Source of the DNA: Neoechinorhynchus agilis
Taxonomy: Eukaryota > Animalia > Acanthocephala
Assembly (NCBI GenBank): GCA_051530055.1
Contig: CM121341.1
Coordinates: forward strand, 1,116,001 to 1,180,000
Reading direction: 5' to 3'
Length of the DNA stretch: 64,000 nucleotides
The notes beneath the pieces were generated by a model. The model was not told where the DNA came from. It saw nothing but the letters and a program-made list of their open reading frames with translations, and did not search any database. A program made the translations under genes and the position numbers. Shown here piece after piece: positions 46,350-59,406 of this stretch. Position 1 is the stretch's first letter. Each line of letters begins with the position of its first letter.

Positions 46350-46772
46350 TTAAATGACTCCTTCCATGGCTTCCAAATCCACTAACTGCGGTTTGTATCG
46401 GTTGCTGTAGATAATGACCAAAAGAAGTACATAAAATAGAGTCCCAACGGCAGCCGTTATAAGTAGCCACTTTTTCGCCAGTCGTCCATATATTTTTGCC
46501 AACGCTCCCCAGCAAACAAAATTATTTGGATTTTTGAAATCCCTAGCCTGCATGGACCTTACCAATGCCCACGATCCAGTTGGTAGAAAGTAAATCGATG
46601 CTAAGACGGACAGCCAAAAGTAATCTTCGATGTGTCTGAGACGCATTGTGTGATTAAAGTCACCATCCATTATCTGTTCATCTTCATTCTCAACTGGATA
46701 TTCATTAAGTTGGTTGTAGTTTGCTGATTTCTTGGAAGATCGACGATGATTACGACGCCTAAATGACCACAT
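46350..46772 (-). CDS. Dispanin / CD225 (PRRT/SynDIG/TMEM91-like) membrane protein
   Basis: EDYFWLSVLASIYFLPTGSWALVRSMQARD...A...AKKW + TM segment follows the CD225 domain pattern. Confidence 0.75.
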   Translation of the reverse strand: MWSFRRRNHRRSSKKSANYNQLNEYPVENEDEQIMDGDFNHTMRLRHIEDYFWLSVLASIYFLPTGSWALVRSMQARDFKNPNNFVCWGALAKIYGRLAKKWLLITAAVGTLFYVLLLVIIYSNRYKPQLVDLEAMEGVI

Positions 46773-47119
46773 TTCCTTAAGTTAAAAGAGAAAACCTCAA
46801 ACAAACCCGTAGCGCATTAATACAATTACTTGATCGATCATTCGCTCAAAGCTCTGCGTTCTGAAGATTTGTTGCCAAGATACTATTGCGCTAACTGATC
46901 ATTCGTAGAAACCATTGCATTCATAGTTTTTAAGACTTTGTTAATCGTGTCTTAACGCTTAAAATAATATTAGCTTGTTTATCTTCAAAAGATTGGACAA
47001 ACCACTTTTGTATATCAAAATTCCGAGTTCGCCGTCCTTGTTTTAACGTCCAAATTTAATTGTTGCTTTCGCCCTTCTTAACTTACACGCCCAAGGCTGT
47101 TGTGTTTCCTGTTATTTAA

Positions 47120-49100
47120 TCATTCCATCATTAGTGACCTTTTGCAATTGTGCCACCACTGAACGATCTTTAGACCGATTCCGCGTAGCGAGTTCTTAAT
47201 AGAAATCGGTCTCACCAGGAGAGGAGATAGCTTTCCTTTTTGCAAAGATCTGCTTAGCAAAATTAGTATCTGCTCATTCGGTTGGAGACACGAACAACAT
47301 GAAACGTACGTTAGCGTTAACATTATCAACACTCAGAATGTTAGTGGATTTGAAGTAAACTGATAACCCATCAGCGGACGAAATCCTCTTTAAGTTACCA
47401 CTACGGCGCTTTATGGGGATAAAACAAATTGCGGGGGAACAATGCCGGCCCATTGGCGTGTTCAGGACAAAGGGATTTGGCAACGTAGTCAATACCTGCG
47501 CTCTTTATCCAAGACGCGGCAGCCTTTTGCTATAGGCAGAAGGTTTTAAGAGTCCAAATTCTCCACCAGAAAGAGGAAGAGGGCAACAACGAGCGTAATT
47601 TTGATTTAACCTGAGAAACTTGAAAACGGGCACTGCTGGACCAATACAGTGCCAATCAGAATTTGACGTAAGCAAAATAAAAAAATAGTATTGGTTTAAA
47701 AAAATTACCACCGGGTTGAGCTTTGAAAAGCTCGGACGTCCGTGGTCGTTTAGTGGGTACATTTGCTCCTGGTTTACGTCTCCTACCTACACGACCAAAA
47801 CTTTGATTCATCGAAGCCACGAGCGTATTGAGATCATTCGTTAAACGAGAATCGATACCCTGAATCGGCATGTTGATTCTCGGATTCACCATATTAAGGA
47901 CCTTGGCCGAGAATTCCTGGAGTATGCTATCCAAATCAAGAGTTTTTGAGGATTGGACCTTGGAACAACAGGTCTCGATGAGATCTAAGGCGGGGGTTAT
48001 CGACTCTGTTTAATTGCTGGCTTTTCCATTCTATTTCTAGGTGCGAATTTTTTAAGTTGGTATTGCTGGGCCCAAACCAAATACTGTTTGAATAGTTTCC
48101 AAGTCTTTGAGAATGCACAATGACCATAAAGGCAGCAATTTGCGCAATGGCGTGACTCCTTCTTGCGGTTGGAACTGTGGTGATTTTGATCACCGAATTC
48201 GCAAATCGCCGAGATTGAAGAACATTTCTGATCCCAATGCCCCAACGTTTGGCATTCTGGAAAATGAAAATCGTCTTGTCTGGATATGTCGTTCATCGAG
48301 AATGTAATTTCCATCGATTGGAAGAAGCACCGTTCTCGGACAGGTGAATTCCTTGCATCTGCCGAAGCTCTAATGGCGGCTTGCGGTATTGGTTTGCCAG
48401 TTTTATGAAATTTCAGGAAAAAATGGACTTTTGCTTCTGAATTTCCGCCCGAAAGCCTCTGGATATGTCATTCATCGAGAAACTAATCTCCATCGATTGG
48501 AAGAAGCATCGCTCTTGGACAAGAGAATTCCTCATATCTGCCGAAGCTCTAATGGCGCTTTGCGGGATTGGTTTGCCGGTTTTATGAAATTTCAGGAACA
48601 AAATGGACGTTTGCATCTGAATTTTCGCCAGAAAGCCAGTTTACCGGCATTACAGATATTTGGAGAAAGCCCAGAGACCAGGAAAGTCCAGTAATAACTC
48701 GAATCATTCATTGCCTTTGATGAATTCTTGAAATTGTCGGAGATAAAGGTTGTCCGTGAAATGGATTTTAAGGTTTCCGGCAAAATATAATATCGACGAG
48801 ATACGGCGGATGTCGTCCACAATGGAACGTAACCATGGCCCAAGAAAATGATGATGCAATGTATCTTTTTACAGGATGGGATTTGACTTGATCACAAAAT
48901 AGTGCGGCCAACGCTTCTTCGGAACTTCGGGAAAACAATTAGCATCACATTGATCGGATTGTAGGTTATCAACTTCCATAGGCTCTAAAGCGACATTTTG
49001 TCGGCCATTCGAGTGATCAGGAGGCTCGAAAGTGGATTGGGTTGGATTCGCATTGAATTTCATGTAATATTAATGTTTTTGACTTGCATCCGCCACTGAT
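47120..49100 (-). mobile_element. Degraded LINE related to 29098-33005 (ORF1 knuckles + RT scraps)
   Basis: KKRWPHYFVIKSNPI vs KRWPYILTIKSNPI; CQTLGHWDQKC, CANC..GH; VRPISIKNSL. Confidence 0.7.
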
Positions 49101-49731
49101 TAGTATGCTAATTTGCGAGTGGTCGTCCATAACTGAATAAAATTCAAGCGATCTTAAATTGCTATCGAATTGATTACTTTGAAATGGGGCCATTGCCAAA
49201 TTTAATATTGAGTGTCTATCGCAAGCGTCGAGCACCGCTTCCTCTTTAAAACAAATGCAACTTTTTACTACAACGCTTCATTTCGCCGCTAAATAAATTT
49301 AAATGTTGCCTTTTCCAGTGTACCGGAGTTTCACATTAATTTTAATATTCTTCTTTTCGAGGGACGACGATCCTACTAAAATATTACACCATTTTTTCGT
49401 TGTTTTTAGTTCCGCAACTCAAATTTATTCTAAAACACAAATTTAAAAAAATATCGAACGGATATTGCATTAATTCACTTTTTAAATTGAAAGTATTATG
49501 CAAAAATTTATTGGCACAGTCGCTTTATCTTTTTTGTCGAAAAATGACAGTTTAAGATGATTGCAGTTATTATTAGAATCGTATTATAAAAATTTTACTT
49601 TTATAACTTATTCAGCAATTCCATTAGAAGGGAAATGTTGTCACTTTAAATTATAAAACGACGATTTTTCTTAAAAATCGACCTGCTATTAAATTGCCAT
49701 GATCCACATTTGCGCGTCTTCTAAAGACGAT

Positions 49732-50263
49732 TTATTTCAATTCCAAACTCATGAACCGAGCTGATTTCTTATTCTCAAAAATAGTTCTCTGGTTAACAGA
49801 AACAAAGAGATAGCCACGAGAATCTCGTAGAAATTTGATGTGGCCGTGTAAACGATTGCGATGATGTAGATTGCGATTAGGAAGATTAAAATCAGTAGAA
49901 AAATCCTCAGCATTGTAGGCTTTTACCTCTCGATGGCGAATAAAAATGAAATCCGATTTGATTTCGTTGGCATTTTTCGCAGACAAACTTACGTGAGTCT
50001 TTTCCTATCAAAAACGTGATCAAATTTGTCGGTGAATTTACGTGCTGCATTCGAGCTGAATAATCAACAATGGAATTATTATGTGCATTTGATTGCCTAA
50101 CTTTGAACAAATTCCATGAACGACTTTCTGAGTCATCAGAAGAGCTTAAAATAGCCGCGACTATGAAAACCTTATTTATAATTTCTACGTCGTCTTCAAC
50201 GTTCGATTCGACAAAAAAAGAGAGAAATGAACGAGATTCGGCGGTTGCTTGATTTGAGTTCAT
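49732..50263 (-). CDS. Unidentified two-exon gene (GT-AG intron at about 49930-49991)
   Basis: ORFs 49907..50263 and 49732..49986 can be joined at a C|GTAAGT donor. No family recognised. Confidence 0.4.
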
Positions 50264-50574
50264 TTTTGTTTACAAACTAGTTTTTTCATTCCAAGTTTGT
50301 GTAATTCCTGAAATTATTTAACTTGTGCAAATTTGGGACCGCATTTCAAATTCGATTCTGTTCTTTTAAAACCTAACAATGCTGATATCCAAGAAAAACA
50401 CATAATTTTCTATCCAAACTTAAAATTTTCTAAAAGTTATTTTCCAGATGACTACGATTTTAGACAGCTTTTAACTGAAGATTGATAAATTCAATACATT
50501 TTTAATCTAAATTCGTTTTGCCAAAACTTAATAAAAGTCACAAAACAAGCTATCGTGTTGGGACTTTAAGAAGG

Positions 50575-50725
50575 GTTTGTTACGGCGTAAGACCTGGTCA
50601 AGTAATTGTCTAAGAGATCGAGACGAATCACTGGCGATCAGCGGGCAGGAGCATTCCTAATACAAAACATAAGTCTAACTAAGCAACGAGAGGGAACGCT
50701 GCATCCGTCCATTCGACCGCTAAAA
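50575..50725 (+). mobile_element. CRE-clade 3' fragment
   Basis: ITGDQRAGAFLIQNISL...RGNAASV. Confidence 0.7.
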
Positions 50726-50784
50726 GTTATATTAAATACTGCCAGCTTAACAAATCAATATTAGAGAATTTAACTGGGTTTTTG

Positions 50785-52474
50785 TCAATAAAATCCAGGT
50801 GGACGATTTTCACGACGCGTTTGAAAGCTCAGAAACTTAAACGCCGATCCCATTTCTTCCATCAAATACCGATAACCGGTTATCAAATGCGTTGCATCGT
50901 TTTCATTTGTGCATTTAGCCAACAAATTCTGAATAAATATTTGAAGAATTAAATCAGAAATATCAAATACCTGCCTTAAGTCGTATTTGTATGCCCATAT
51001 CCAAAAGAAATTTTCGTTGTTCAACCGGTCCATGAACCACAATCTCTGAAGGAGTGTTGTAGATAAAAGAAGACATGCGAACATCCTACCTGGGAACTTA
51101 TCACAGACAAAATTTTTAATAAGCGAGAAGTCCACATCAGCCGTTAGATCCGCGTCCCCGGGATTTTCCAAGGGGTGCTCTTGTTTGTGATTTCTATAAG
51201 CCTTTCCAAATGAAAAAATAATGTTATATAAAAGTTTTGGGTTTGGACTGCTAAAAAACCACCTTCCAAAATGCTTATTATGATTTGAAAATGCCAATTT
51301 GTGACCTAAATTTTCTTACTCTTAAAGTATCAACTGGTGGATCTTGATTGCTTCCATAATCGATAATAATTGCAAAACTCTTTTCTTGATCTTCGCAAGA
51401 AAGATTTTGTCGCTCCAACAAACGGCACACTTTTTCAACAAAAGCAAATGTTTCCGGACTAAATTCAAATTTGAACAATTTGCGCTCTAAAAAATACTTT
51501 CGTCCAAGAGAGATGTTAATAAAAGCCAATGATTTTTATCTTACCGGGCATAGCATTATTTTTGGATCACAAAACGATCGCATTTCATAATAAAGTCTCG
51601 AATCTTTGAAATTAATGCAAATCTCTCCGTATTTCTGGTTGCCTGTTTTCTTTAAAAAAGCTATTGAATCGAAATAAATTCAACGTACTTGAACCTGATG
51701 AATCGGGAGAGCGTCCAGAAATTCATTTGCGAGTACACAAACAGGGACGCCCGGACAAATTGCCGATTGTACATCATTCCAACAATCCGTCCATTGAATC
51801 TGAGTCGCCATTTTGCTTTTCCGTGAACAACTAGCAAGTTTATAACACTTTCCAAGAGTTGGTTGTGCTCGGAGACCCAAAAGCGTTTCAGCCTGCATTT
51901 GCCTTAATTTCAAACTGCTTTCGAACATTTTAGCTACGAATGCGGTACATTGACCGGAACCGCATTCGACGCTTCAGACATAAAAGAGTTCAAAGTTCGA
52001 TTGGCGTAACGAACTAAGTCGAGTAATCGTCTACCGAAAATTGTAAAAGGTTTTGATTTGCATATCGAAAACGACGAACCCTTATAATATCTTTGGCGAG
52101 TGTTCCTATTCCTGGACCCAATTCCAATAGACATAATCGATTTTTGTGGTGATTTTGTGAAGATTCGTAAGTAATCCATGTGGCAATCATCTATGCAGTC
52201 TTTAGAAAATAATACAAAATTAATAAACAAACTTCTCCAAATAACTGAGACACTTCAGGTGATGTAACAAAATCACCATTTTGACCAATCGTCCGAATAC
52301 GACTATAGTAACCCTGAAGTATTTTCTTTTTGAAACGAATGGACAACTTTAATTCGGCCTCATTACGTGCTCTGCACTTTGACTGCAGATTTTCATATAA
52401 TCGCTCAATGGAATCGGTTTATTTTCTCGGAGTTTGATTAAACGCTTAATTGCTTCGAGTCCTGTCCGAGACAT
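50785..52474 (-). CDS. NDUFAF7: Protein arginine methyltransferase NDUFAF7/MidA, multi-exon with short GT-AG introns
   Basis: DYMKIC..H|GYY, GDFVTSPEVSQLFGE, LELGPGIGTLAKDI, ANEFLDALPIHQ, IIDYG...DTLR, DLTADVDF, MGSAFKFL. Confidence 0.9.
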
Positions 52475-53355
52475 TTAATCTAAAATCGAGAGATTTTTTG
52501 AGGAGAATTATTAAGTATTCTTTTCTAAAGAAAGAATGAACCATAAATGTTGTACTTTATAGCCGACTAATTCAATTCTTAAATAAAACATTTCCATATT
52601 GACGCCTAAAATTACATACAATACTAGACTATTGAAGTCGGTTCCTGATCTGTCGATTAGCATTTGATTTTTAAGATTCTTTTTTATGGAAAATAACCAA
52701 TATTTTACCGGTGCGATCGACGTTCAAATTTGGATATTTGTAAGGCGGCAAGTAAATTGCCAAAACCGGCCAAGAAGATTTACGCATAATTTCCAATCAG
52801 TCCATAGCTTTCCCCATTTTTGAATGGAATTTGTCGATTTTCAACGTTGTCGTTCATTTCCTGCTCGAAAGGAAAAGAAGTGCCCGGTGATTTAATTTAT
52901 TGATAATACGCCGAAACTTTTTCGTTAGCATAAAGTACACGATGAAAAATTTCATATGAGAAATACGATTTTAGAAAAAATATTGCACTTTGGTGGTTAT
53001 AGAATTTTAAATGTTACACGAAGACTTTAATCGTTGCTAAACCGATTAAAATTAGTGACGACAAATTATAATTTTTTTGAAATATAGACACTAATTGCGA
53101 TTGACTTCTTTACTGCAAAAAAAAGATTTGTTTAAGCGATTAAATGAGCTTGATCGCACATTGACGAAAATAATCGCACGTGAATTTCTAAAATCGAAAA
53201 AAAGGAAAAAATCTCGGAACAAAAGTAACATTTTAACTAACATTGAAGCACTTCCCGAATAAGTCTAAAAATGCGAGATTAAACGGAGAATTTGCGGGTG
53301 ACTGCATCGAGTGTTCAAAAATATTTAAAACAAATACACAAAAGCATTTAATTTT

Positions 53356-53612
53356 TTTAGATTTCTTTTTTAACTTTTCTAGGTTTTACAATAATAAAGC
53401 ACAAAACATGCAATCACCACCGTCCGCAAAATCTTAGCTTTTCTCCTTCCACGGCTCTCGCTAGCACGCTAGCAGCATTGCCTCGTTGTACTGCCAGCGA
53501 GATATTTTGTCGAAGGAATACACCTGCTCTTGAGTCTCCGGTTGCCTCTCTCAATTTCTTCGAGAGATTCTGGAGCAGAGAGAGTGCCGAGCTGCTAAGC
53601 GCTCCATACGTC
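53356..53612 (-). mobile_element. CRE-clade 3' terminal fragment, same family as 14968-16790
   Basis: Near-identical 3' UTR and FLRQNISLAVQRGNAASV. Confidence 0.88.
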
Positions 53613-54087
53613 TCTACTTGGCATTTCAAGAGTTACGAATTTAATATTGTGAGGATCAAAGAAAGACACCCATTAGGTTTTACGATCATTTGATTCGAAG
53701 ATCGAATCCAAAAAGAACGATCTTAAAAATGGAAATAAAAGATTGAAAAAAACCGATGGATTCAGTTAAAAAATTGAATTTTCATGTGCCATAATTAATA
53801 TTCTTCCTTTGATTTGAATAGAGAATCAAAGTATTTCCGTAATTCAGGAAAAAATATTCGAGCGAGAAAGAAGGTGAGATAGAAATTACCGAAGCTAAAA
53901 ACTTCTGAATATTACTAAGGTTTTCCTAGAAAATTTGGTTGTTTTTAATTTCATCGTTTGGATTGCATCTTCAAAATAGTAATTGTAGGCGAAAACTTAA
54001 CATTAATCATGTTTATATGTTAATTAACCAAGAATAAAGTCCACGTAAATTTGAACCCTTATTAACACTCGGGTTCAGATTTGTTCA

Positions 54088-55340
54088 TTGAATGCAGTTG
54101 TTGATTTTGGAGTGGATTACCGGTTCAGTCGGGTGAAAATATCCGGTCGGTTCGTTTCGGAATCGGCGGTTATTATTAGCCTTCGAGTTTGTGAGGTTTG
54201 GTCTTTCCTCATGTTCATTTCAAGTTGTGATATCCGAGAAGATTGGGCAGCATGGAAAAAGGAGCGTAGGTATACGGAGGTGCGAGGTCGACGGAGGAAT
54301 AAAATAATTGGGATTACGAGTGTTGTACTCGTGTGAAAAAGGGAATAAAATGTGGTAAAAATTGTAGTGGTAGGCTTGAGAGGCGTTTTTATTGTTTGTT
54401 GAAAATCTTATAAAGGCATTCGGTGAGCCGGGGAAAATCAGCTGTTCAAATCTTAGACGCTCTTCTCCATGAAACATTTCAAGGCGACAGATTTGTGATT
54501 TGGAAGGGTTGCAAAATACGGGCTAATCGTGGGTGAGGGAGGGTAAAATAAAGCAGAAGTAAAATTTATATAGATCGGGTGAATGGATTCCTAAATGTCG
54601 GAGGCGTTTGAGGAGATAAATTTTAAAGGTGTTGAGCTTGAAAGAAAGTGTAATATGTGAGTCCAATTTGTGCGGAGTCTTAGGTGAGACAATAGCTGTA
54701 AATTGAGTCAGGGCAGAGGTTCTGATTAATGGAATCAAGAACCTGTTTTAATTAAGTGGAGGACAAATTATGAAAGGTATCAGATTGGCGTAGACCAAGA
54801 GACTCCTTGACGACCCGTCACCATGTTGAATTGCAACTTGAACGAATTTTAGAGAAAAGGAAGTTTTTGGGGGCAACAAGTATTTTGTTAGTTAGTGCTT
54901 TTTGTAAACGGGTAAGTCTGGAGAGTTATTGTGATAGGCCTTAGAAGCTTGCCTTTTGAAGAGTCCCGGTTTCGAAGTCAGGGAAGACATGGCCAAGGAA
55001 GGGTCATTTGTGTTGTCAGAGTAGAAGGTGCGAATCATAGAATTGAAAAATTTAATAAAATTGTAGATGTTATAATCTCGCTTATCTCTTGAAAAAAAGC
55101 CGATTTAATGAGCGACAAATATCAATCAATTCATTTATATTATGTGATTTTTGACGCTGAGGTTTAGTGGAGGGAATGATAAGGGCAGAATAGAGATCAG
55201 TGTTCGCGGGGGAGGGAGTTTAGAGACCGATGAGTAGGTGTTGATGTTGGTGTCTACTTTGTCGAGGTGAGCGTCAAAACGAATGAAAAGTCAATTAGTT
55301 GACGCAATTTGGAGAAGGGCGACAGAGGGTCCGATTGAAA
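54088..55340 (-). mobile_element. L2/CR1-type LINE with internal deletions, including its 3' end
   Basis: LKRLRHLGIHSPDL; segments match 10760-11400 and 12500-12950; the 3' part is similar to the 191-bp tandem unit. Confidence 0.8.
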
Positions 55341-55663
55341 TCCATGTGATTTTTCTATTCGCATTTATTTATATCTTTAAAATCTAAAATCATTAAGCAA
55401 ATTGAACAATCCGTGGATGTTTATCTTAGAATGCTTTTCTTTTGCTGTCTTGTTCAAAGACTTTCTTAATGTGTAAGATTGGCAGCTATAATCGTTGTGA
55501 AGACGTTTTTCTTAACAGCCAATAGTGAAAACCAACTTAGAACTTTGATAATCGATCACTTTACCAATTTCACGTCTTTCACTGGAAAACTTATGCCAAC
55601 ATTAAAGCGCAGTTTAAATTCCAACACTTTATTTGCCGGTAATAAATAAGCAGCTCACTATTC

Positions 55664-56236
55664 TTAAGACTCGATAGCGTAGGTGAGGATAGTATAAATA
55701 ATGAAATTGTATGGAACTATGAACGTCATCAGAACAAATAGAACTTTAGATATCCGTTCAATCTTATTCTGATGTAATCTCTGTCTTGGATTTAGTCGAG
55801 CCATTGCGAAAATTAAACAAATGGCAATTATACACATAAACATTGAAAGGCTTGTCAAAGCGCAAAGAATTTCGATTTGAAATCGAAATCTTTTTGGACG
55901 GTGAATCCATTTGTCTAACAAAAATTCCATTTGAATGTCGTTTGTTTCATTCAGAAGAGTTTCTGCTGACGGTATTTGTAGTTTAAGCCTTGAAAATGAT
56001 GCCAATTTTCCAATTTGCATTCCATTTTGCACAAGAATAAACATGAGACTGAGCAGAACGAGTAGAACGAACCGGATCGCGAGCCCGCAAGCAACTTTAA
56101 ATTCTGCTCTTACTTTCTGAATGCTATAGAGTTTGTTAAAGTTCAAACTTAGAAGAATACTCACTGCTCTCTCCTCGCTGCCTGGCACCCGAGGGCTTGG
56201 TTCAATCGCTTTTGTCTCGTTGAATTTCGATTGCAT
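55664..56236 (-). CDS. Unidentified membrane protein (about 3 hydrophobic segments)
   Basis: 190-aa ORF with hydrophobic stretches. Confidence 0.5.
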   Translation of the reverse strand: MQSKFNETKAIEPSPRVPGSEERAVSILLSLNFNKLYSIQKVRAEFKVACGLAIRFVLLVLLSLMFILVQNGMQIGKLASFSRLKLQIPSAETLLNETNDIQMEFLLDKWIHRPKRFRFQIEILCALTSLSMFMCIIAICLIFAMARLNPRQRLHQNKIERISKVLFVLMTFIVPYNFIIYTILTYAIES

Positions 56237-57159
56237 TTGTGGGTTTTGTCGGCCTTCAACGGTAATTCTCCAAGGTCTATTTTCACGGGCTCTAAAAATC
56301 TAAAAACAAATAATGAGCTAAAATATGCAAAAAAGTTTTTATAGATTTGATTTTTGTCCTTGCTAATAAGACAAAGATTAGTCCCGATGTTGTGTTTGCA
56401 ATGTTCATCGTCTTTAGAATAATATTTTCGATTGACTTTTTACGAATGATGGCGAAATCATGCGATGAAAGCTACAAAGGATATTGCAAAATATATGGTG
56501 TTTTCATCTCTATTGATTGTTGGTTGTTACCCATCATCAATATTGCTGATAACATTCACGCACCAATCAATTGGTATATCTTTGTAATAACCGTGATCGA
56601 AAAACAATAATACCAAGTCGATAACATGCGATCAATATTGTCATTTTAATATATTAACTGAAAATTTGAACTAAATTTTTTGAAACTTGCAAAAAAATTA
56701 ATTGCTCTTAAAATTTATATGCTCTCTTCGGAAATCCACAAAGGCTCATGCAGATCGTAACTGAGTTAAAGTAGCGACATTGAAGTGTAGAAAGTTCGTC
56801 ATGTCTGTACCAGAACTATCAGTCGCATTGTCTGTGGGAAACACCATCTTTTTCCATCCGCCCGGGATATTATTAATGCCTCGACGATAGATAGTTCCAC
56901 CGATTCTTTTGCCACAAACCTAAATCGCTTCGAGAGTTTTCTCCGTCGCAAGGGTCTTGCGTGTGGTGACGGCTAGCTGGTTACAATTTTTTCTAAGTGT
57001 TGAAGTGAACATCTCTCACACTGCTGAGTTCTTGGACACACAGTCCATCGATCTGGGTCAGGGAAGCGCATAAAATCACATAACACCCTGAAGCTGCGGA
57101 TCCTAAGCGTTACCTCCCGAGGAGGCTGGACTCATCAGTGATTTTCCTCCTTTCAACGA

Positions 57160-57430
57160 GGTATTTCGTTCCCTTTAGTTGTTAGTCATCTGCCTGACCC
57201 AAACTAAGATTCAGAACTCTACTAGACCAGCTTGACAATTCGTCGCTGCTATATCGGAGGGGGAGCAGCAACCGCCGCTGAAGATCGCAAAAGGACAAAA
57301 TGCAGGAAGACTGAAAAGAATCAGAGAAGCATTCCACCTGCAAAACATAGCCAATGGAGAGAACGCTACATCCGTCCCTTCGACCGTTACACCAGGACGG
57401 CAGCTGAGTGATCAAAAGCGGTGGTGTGAA
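57160..57430 (+). mobile_element. CRE-clade 3' fragment (family B), rearranged
   Basis: YFVPF, EGGAATAAEDRKRTK, ENATSVPSTVTPGRQLSDQKRW. Confidence 0.7.
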
Positions 57431-57622
57431 TGTTTATAGACTAGTTTTGTTAAAAAACTTTTTAAAAAATTAAAAAACTGGAATACCGTTTCTTGTCATT
57501 GTCGAAATTGCAGCGATTACATTTTAAATAAGAATCAGCTTCTACCATATTGAAACCTCTAAATCAAAAGGCAATTAAGGTACTTGAAGATTTCATAAAA
57601 CAATGCTGGCTTTCAGGTTCAT

Positions 57623-58621
57623 TCAGCGTTTGCGCTTTCGGGATTTCCTTTTCTGTGCGGTTTTCGTATTCATTTCCGGTTTTGGGGTAGCAAGAGCTAA
57701 TCTCTCCTTCATAGCGTTCATGTTGATTGATGCCATGATGTCCTGGGATTGACTAGAATCGGTAATATCATCTTCTTCATGGATTTCACAAATCGTAGCG
57801 TTTTCTTGATCGCAAACCTGTTCAGTTAGCAAATTGTTTTCACTCAGTCTGGCTATTCTACTTTCAGTAGTCAATATCTGTTTAAGAACTTGTCTTGAAT
57901 ACTCGTTCACTCTCACTCGCTGTTCCAAGTGGCCACAGATAACGGCGGCATGATTATCAAGCAACGCTGGATTGACGAGATCTTGAAATTCAATTGCGGT
58001 GGCATCCAAATGATTCAGTTTAAAATCTATGCAACGAACTTCCCCTTCATTATTAAGGCGATTAATATCTTTGTCCATTTTATCAATAAAAAACTGCGTC
58101 TCCCTGAAAACATCAATATTGGCGAATTTCTCTTCGACTGAACCAAGTCTTTTGAGCAAAATTTGTTTTCGTAAAGACCACTTTGCCCATTTCCGCTTTG
58201 ATGAGTTACAAGTCTTTTGATCCTTGTGTTGGTTTTGACTAATTATGTCTTTTAGCGTTGATCTACACGTTTGAAAAATTTGGTCTCTTTCTGATAACGT
58301 ATTTTTCATCTTATCCAAAATATTTCGCTGGTCAACTAATTCTCTTTTTAACCGTTCCGCTCTCTCCATAATCCCACGGTGTCTACACTGGGCTTTTAAG
58401 TCCATTTGACCAACCATATCGATTGCATTGGGTACATCGATCGTTGTGCTAAATTGACGAACCCATTCTCCGACGCTTTTCACAATACTTCGGCACTTAT
58501 TCAACTCTGTTATTCTAAAGTTCTTCAGAAACTGCTCTTGCTTCCGACACTTTGCCAATTCAATCTCGGCTTCACACAGAAGACGTTCAACCTCCAAAAG
58601 ACGACTTTGTCCATTACTCAT
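57623..58621 (-). CDS. Unidentified coiled-coil protein with basic NLS-like C-terminus
   Basis: 332-aa intronless ORF rich in L/E/K/Q, ending KRKSRKRKR. Confidence 0.7.
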   Translation of the reverse strand: MSNGQSRLLEVERLLCEAEIELAKCRKQEQFLKNFRITELNKCRSIVKSVGEWVRQFSTTIDVPNAIDMVGQMDLKAQCRHRGIMERAERLKRELVDQRNILDKMKNTLSERDQIFQTCRSTLKDIISQNQHKDQKTCNSSKRKWAKWSLRKQILLKRLGSVEEKFANIDVFRETQFFIDKMDKDINRLNNEGEVRCIDFKLNHLDATAIEFQDLVNPALLDNHAAVICGHLEQRVRVNEYSRQVLKQILTTESRIARLSENNLLTEQVCDQENATICEIHEEDDITDSSQSQDIMASINMNAMKERLALATPKPEMNTKTAQKRKSRKRKR

Positions 58622-58676
58622 TGTCTGAAAGCAAAAAACCCAATTCTTTGGTGTTTAAAACCGATTGTGCAAAAAA

Positions 58677-58906
58677 TGACGTCATCGATAGAAATCACAC
58701 ACTTCTCTAACAGAATTCGAACATTTCTTCCCAAAAATACCGCAAAAAACCAGTGGTCATCATCTTGCTTACTTTCGCGTTTTTACCGCTAATTCATAAT
58801 AATAGCACCTTTGATGACGTCACAACACTTTTTGAATTTGGTGTTGCTGACGTGTCGTTTGCGGATTACGAGTGCTCAATGCGTGTGTGTGTGTTTTATG
58901 ACGTAA
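58677..58906. promoter_or_regulatory. Cluster of TGACGTCA / TGACGTAA sites upstream of the coiled-coil gene
   Basis: TGACGTCA at 58677 and 58815; TGACGTAA at 58899. Confidence 0.4.
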
Positions 58907-59406
58907 GCACTTTATATTTAATCGCCCATCGTAGTTGCTTGCTTGAGTAGAAGGATTTAAATGTAATTAAAAGAGAGAAGCAAGGCAGTGATGCCGAATG
59001 TAGGAGTGATCTCAAGCTCCTCCCGAACAAATGAGACTTGCATGTTTAAAAGTGTTTTGATAATGTTTTTAATCTGTCATTGAAATGAACGACTGCGAGA
59101 ACAAAGGTTCAAGAGTATTTCTTTCATTAGGTAAACATTTTCTAATAGATAATTGGATAAACGATGTAACCTGGCTATATGGGGATGATAAAATAAAAAT
59201 ATCATTATTAAAACGAAAGAGTTTATTAAAAGAGAGCGATGGAGAGTAAAACTATACCTTAGTTATAAAGATTCAATGTAAAGCTGATCGAAGACGAGAT
59301 TTGGGAAAGGAGAATTTGTTAAGTAAGGCGACTCGCAATTTGACTGGTTTCAAAATCTAGAACTTAACAAAGCGGTCGAAATTAGCTATTAATTTTAGAT
59401 TAACAA

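Noticed and set aside
57120-57145. Hammerhead start CTGATGAGTCC on the - strand
   Set aside because: No GGAC-GAAA partner; the sequence aligns with CRE coding DNA.
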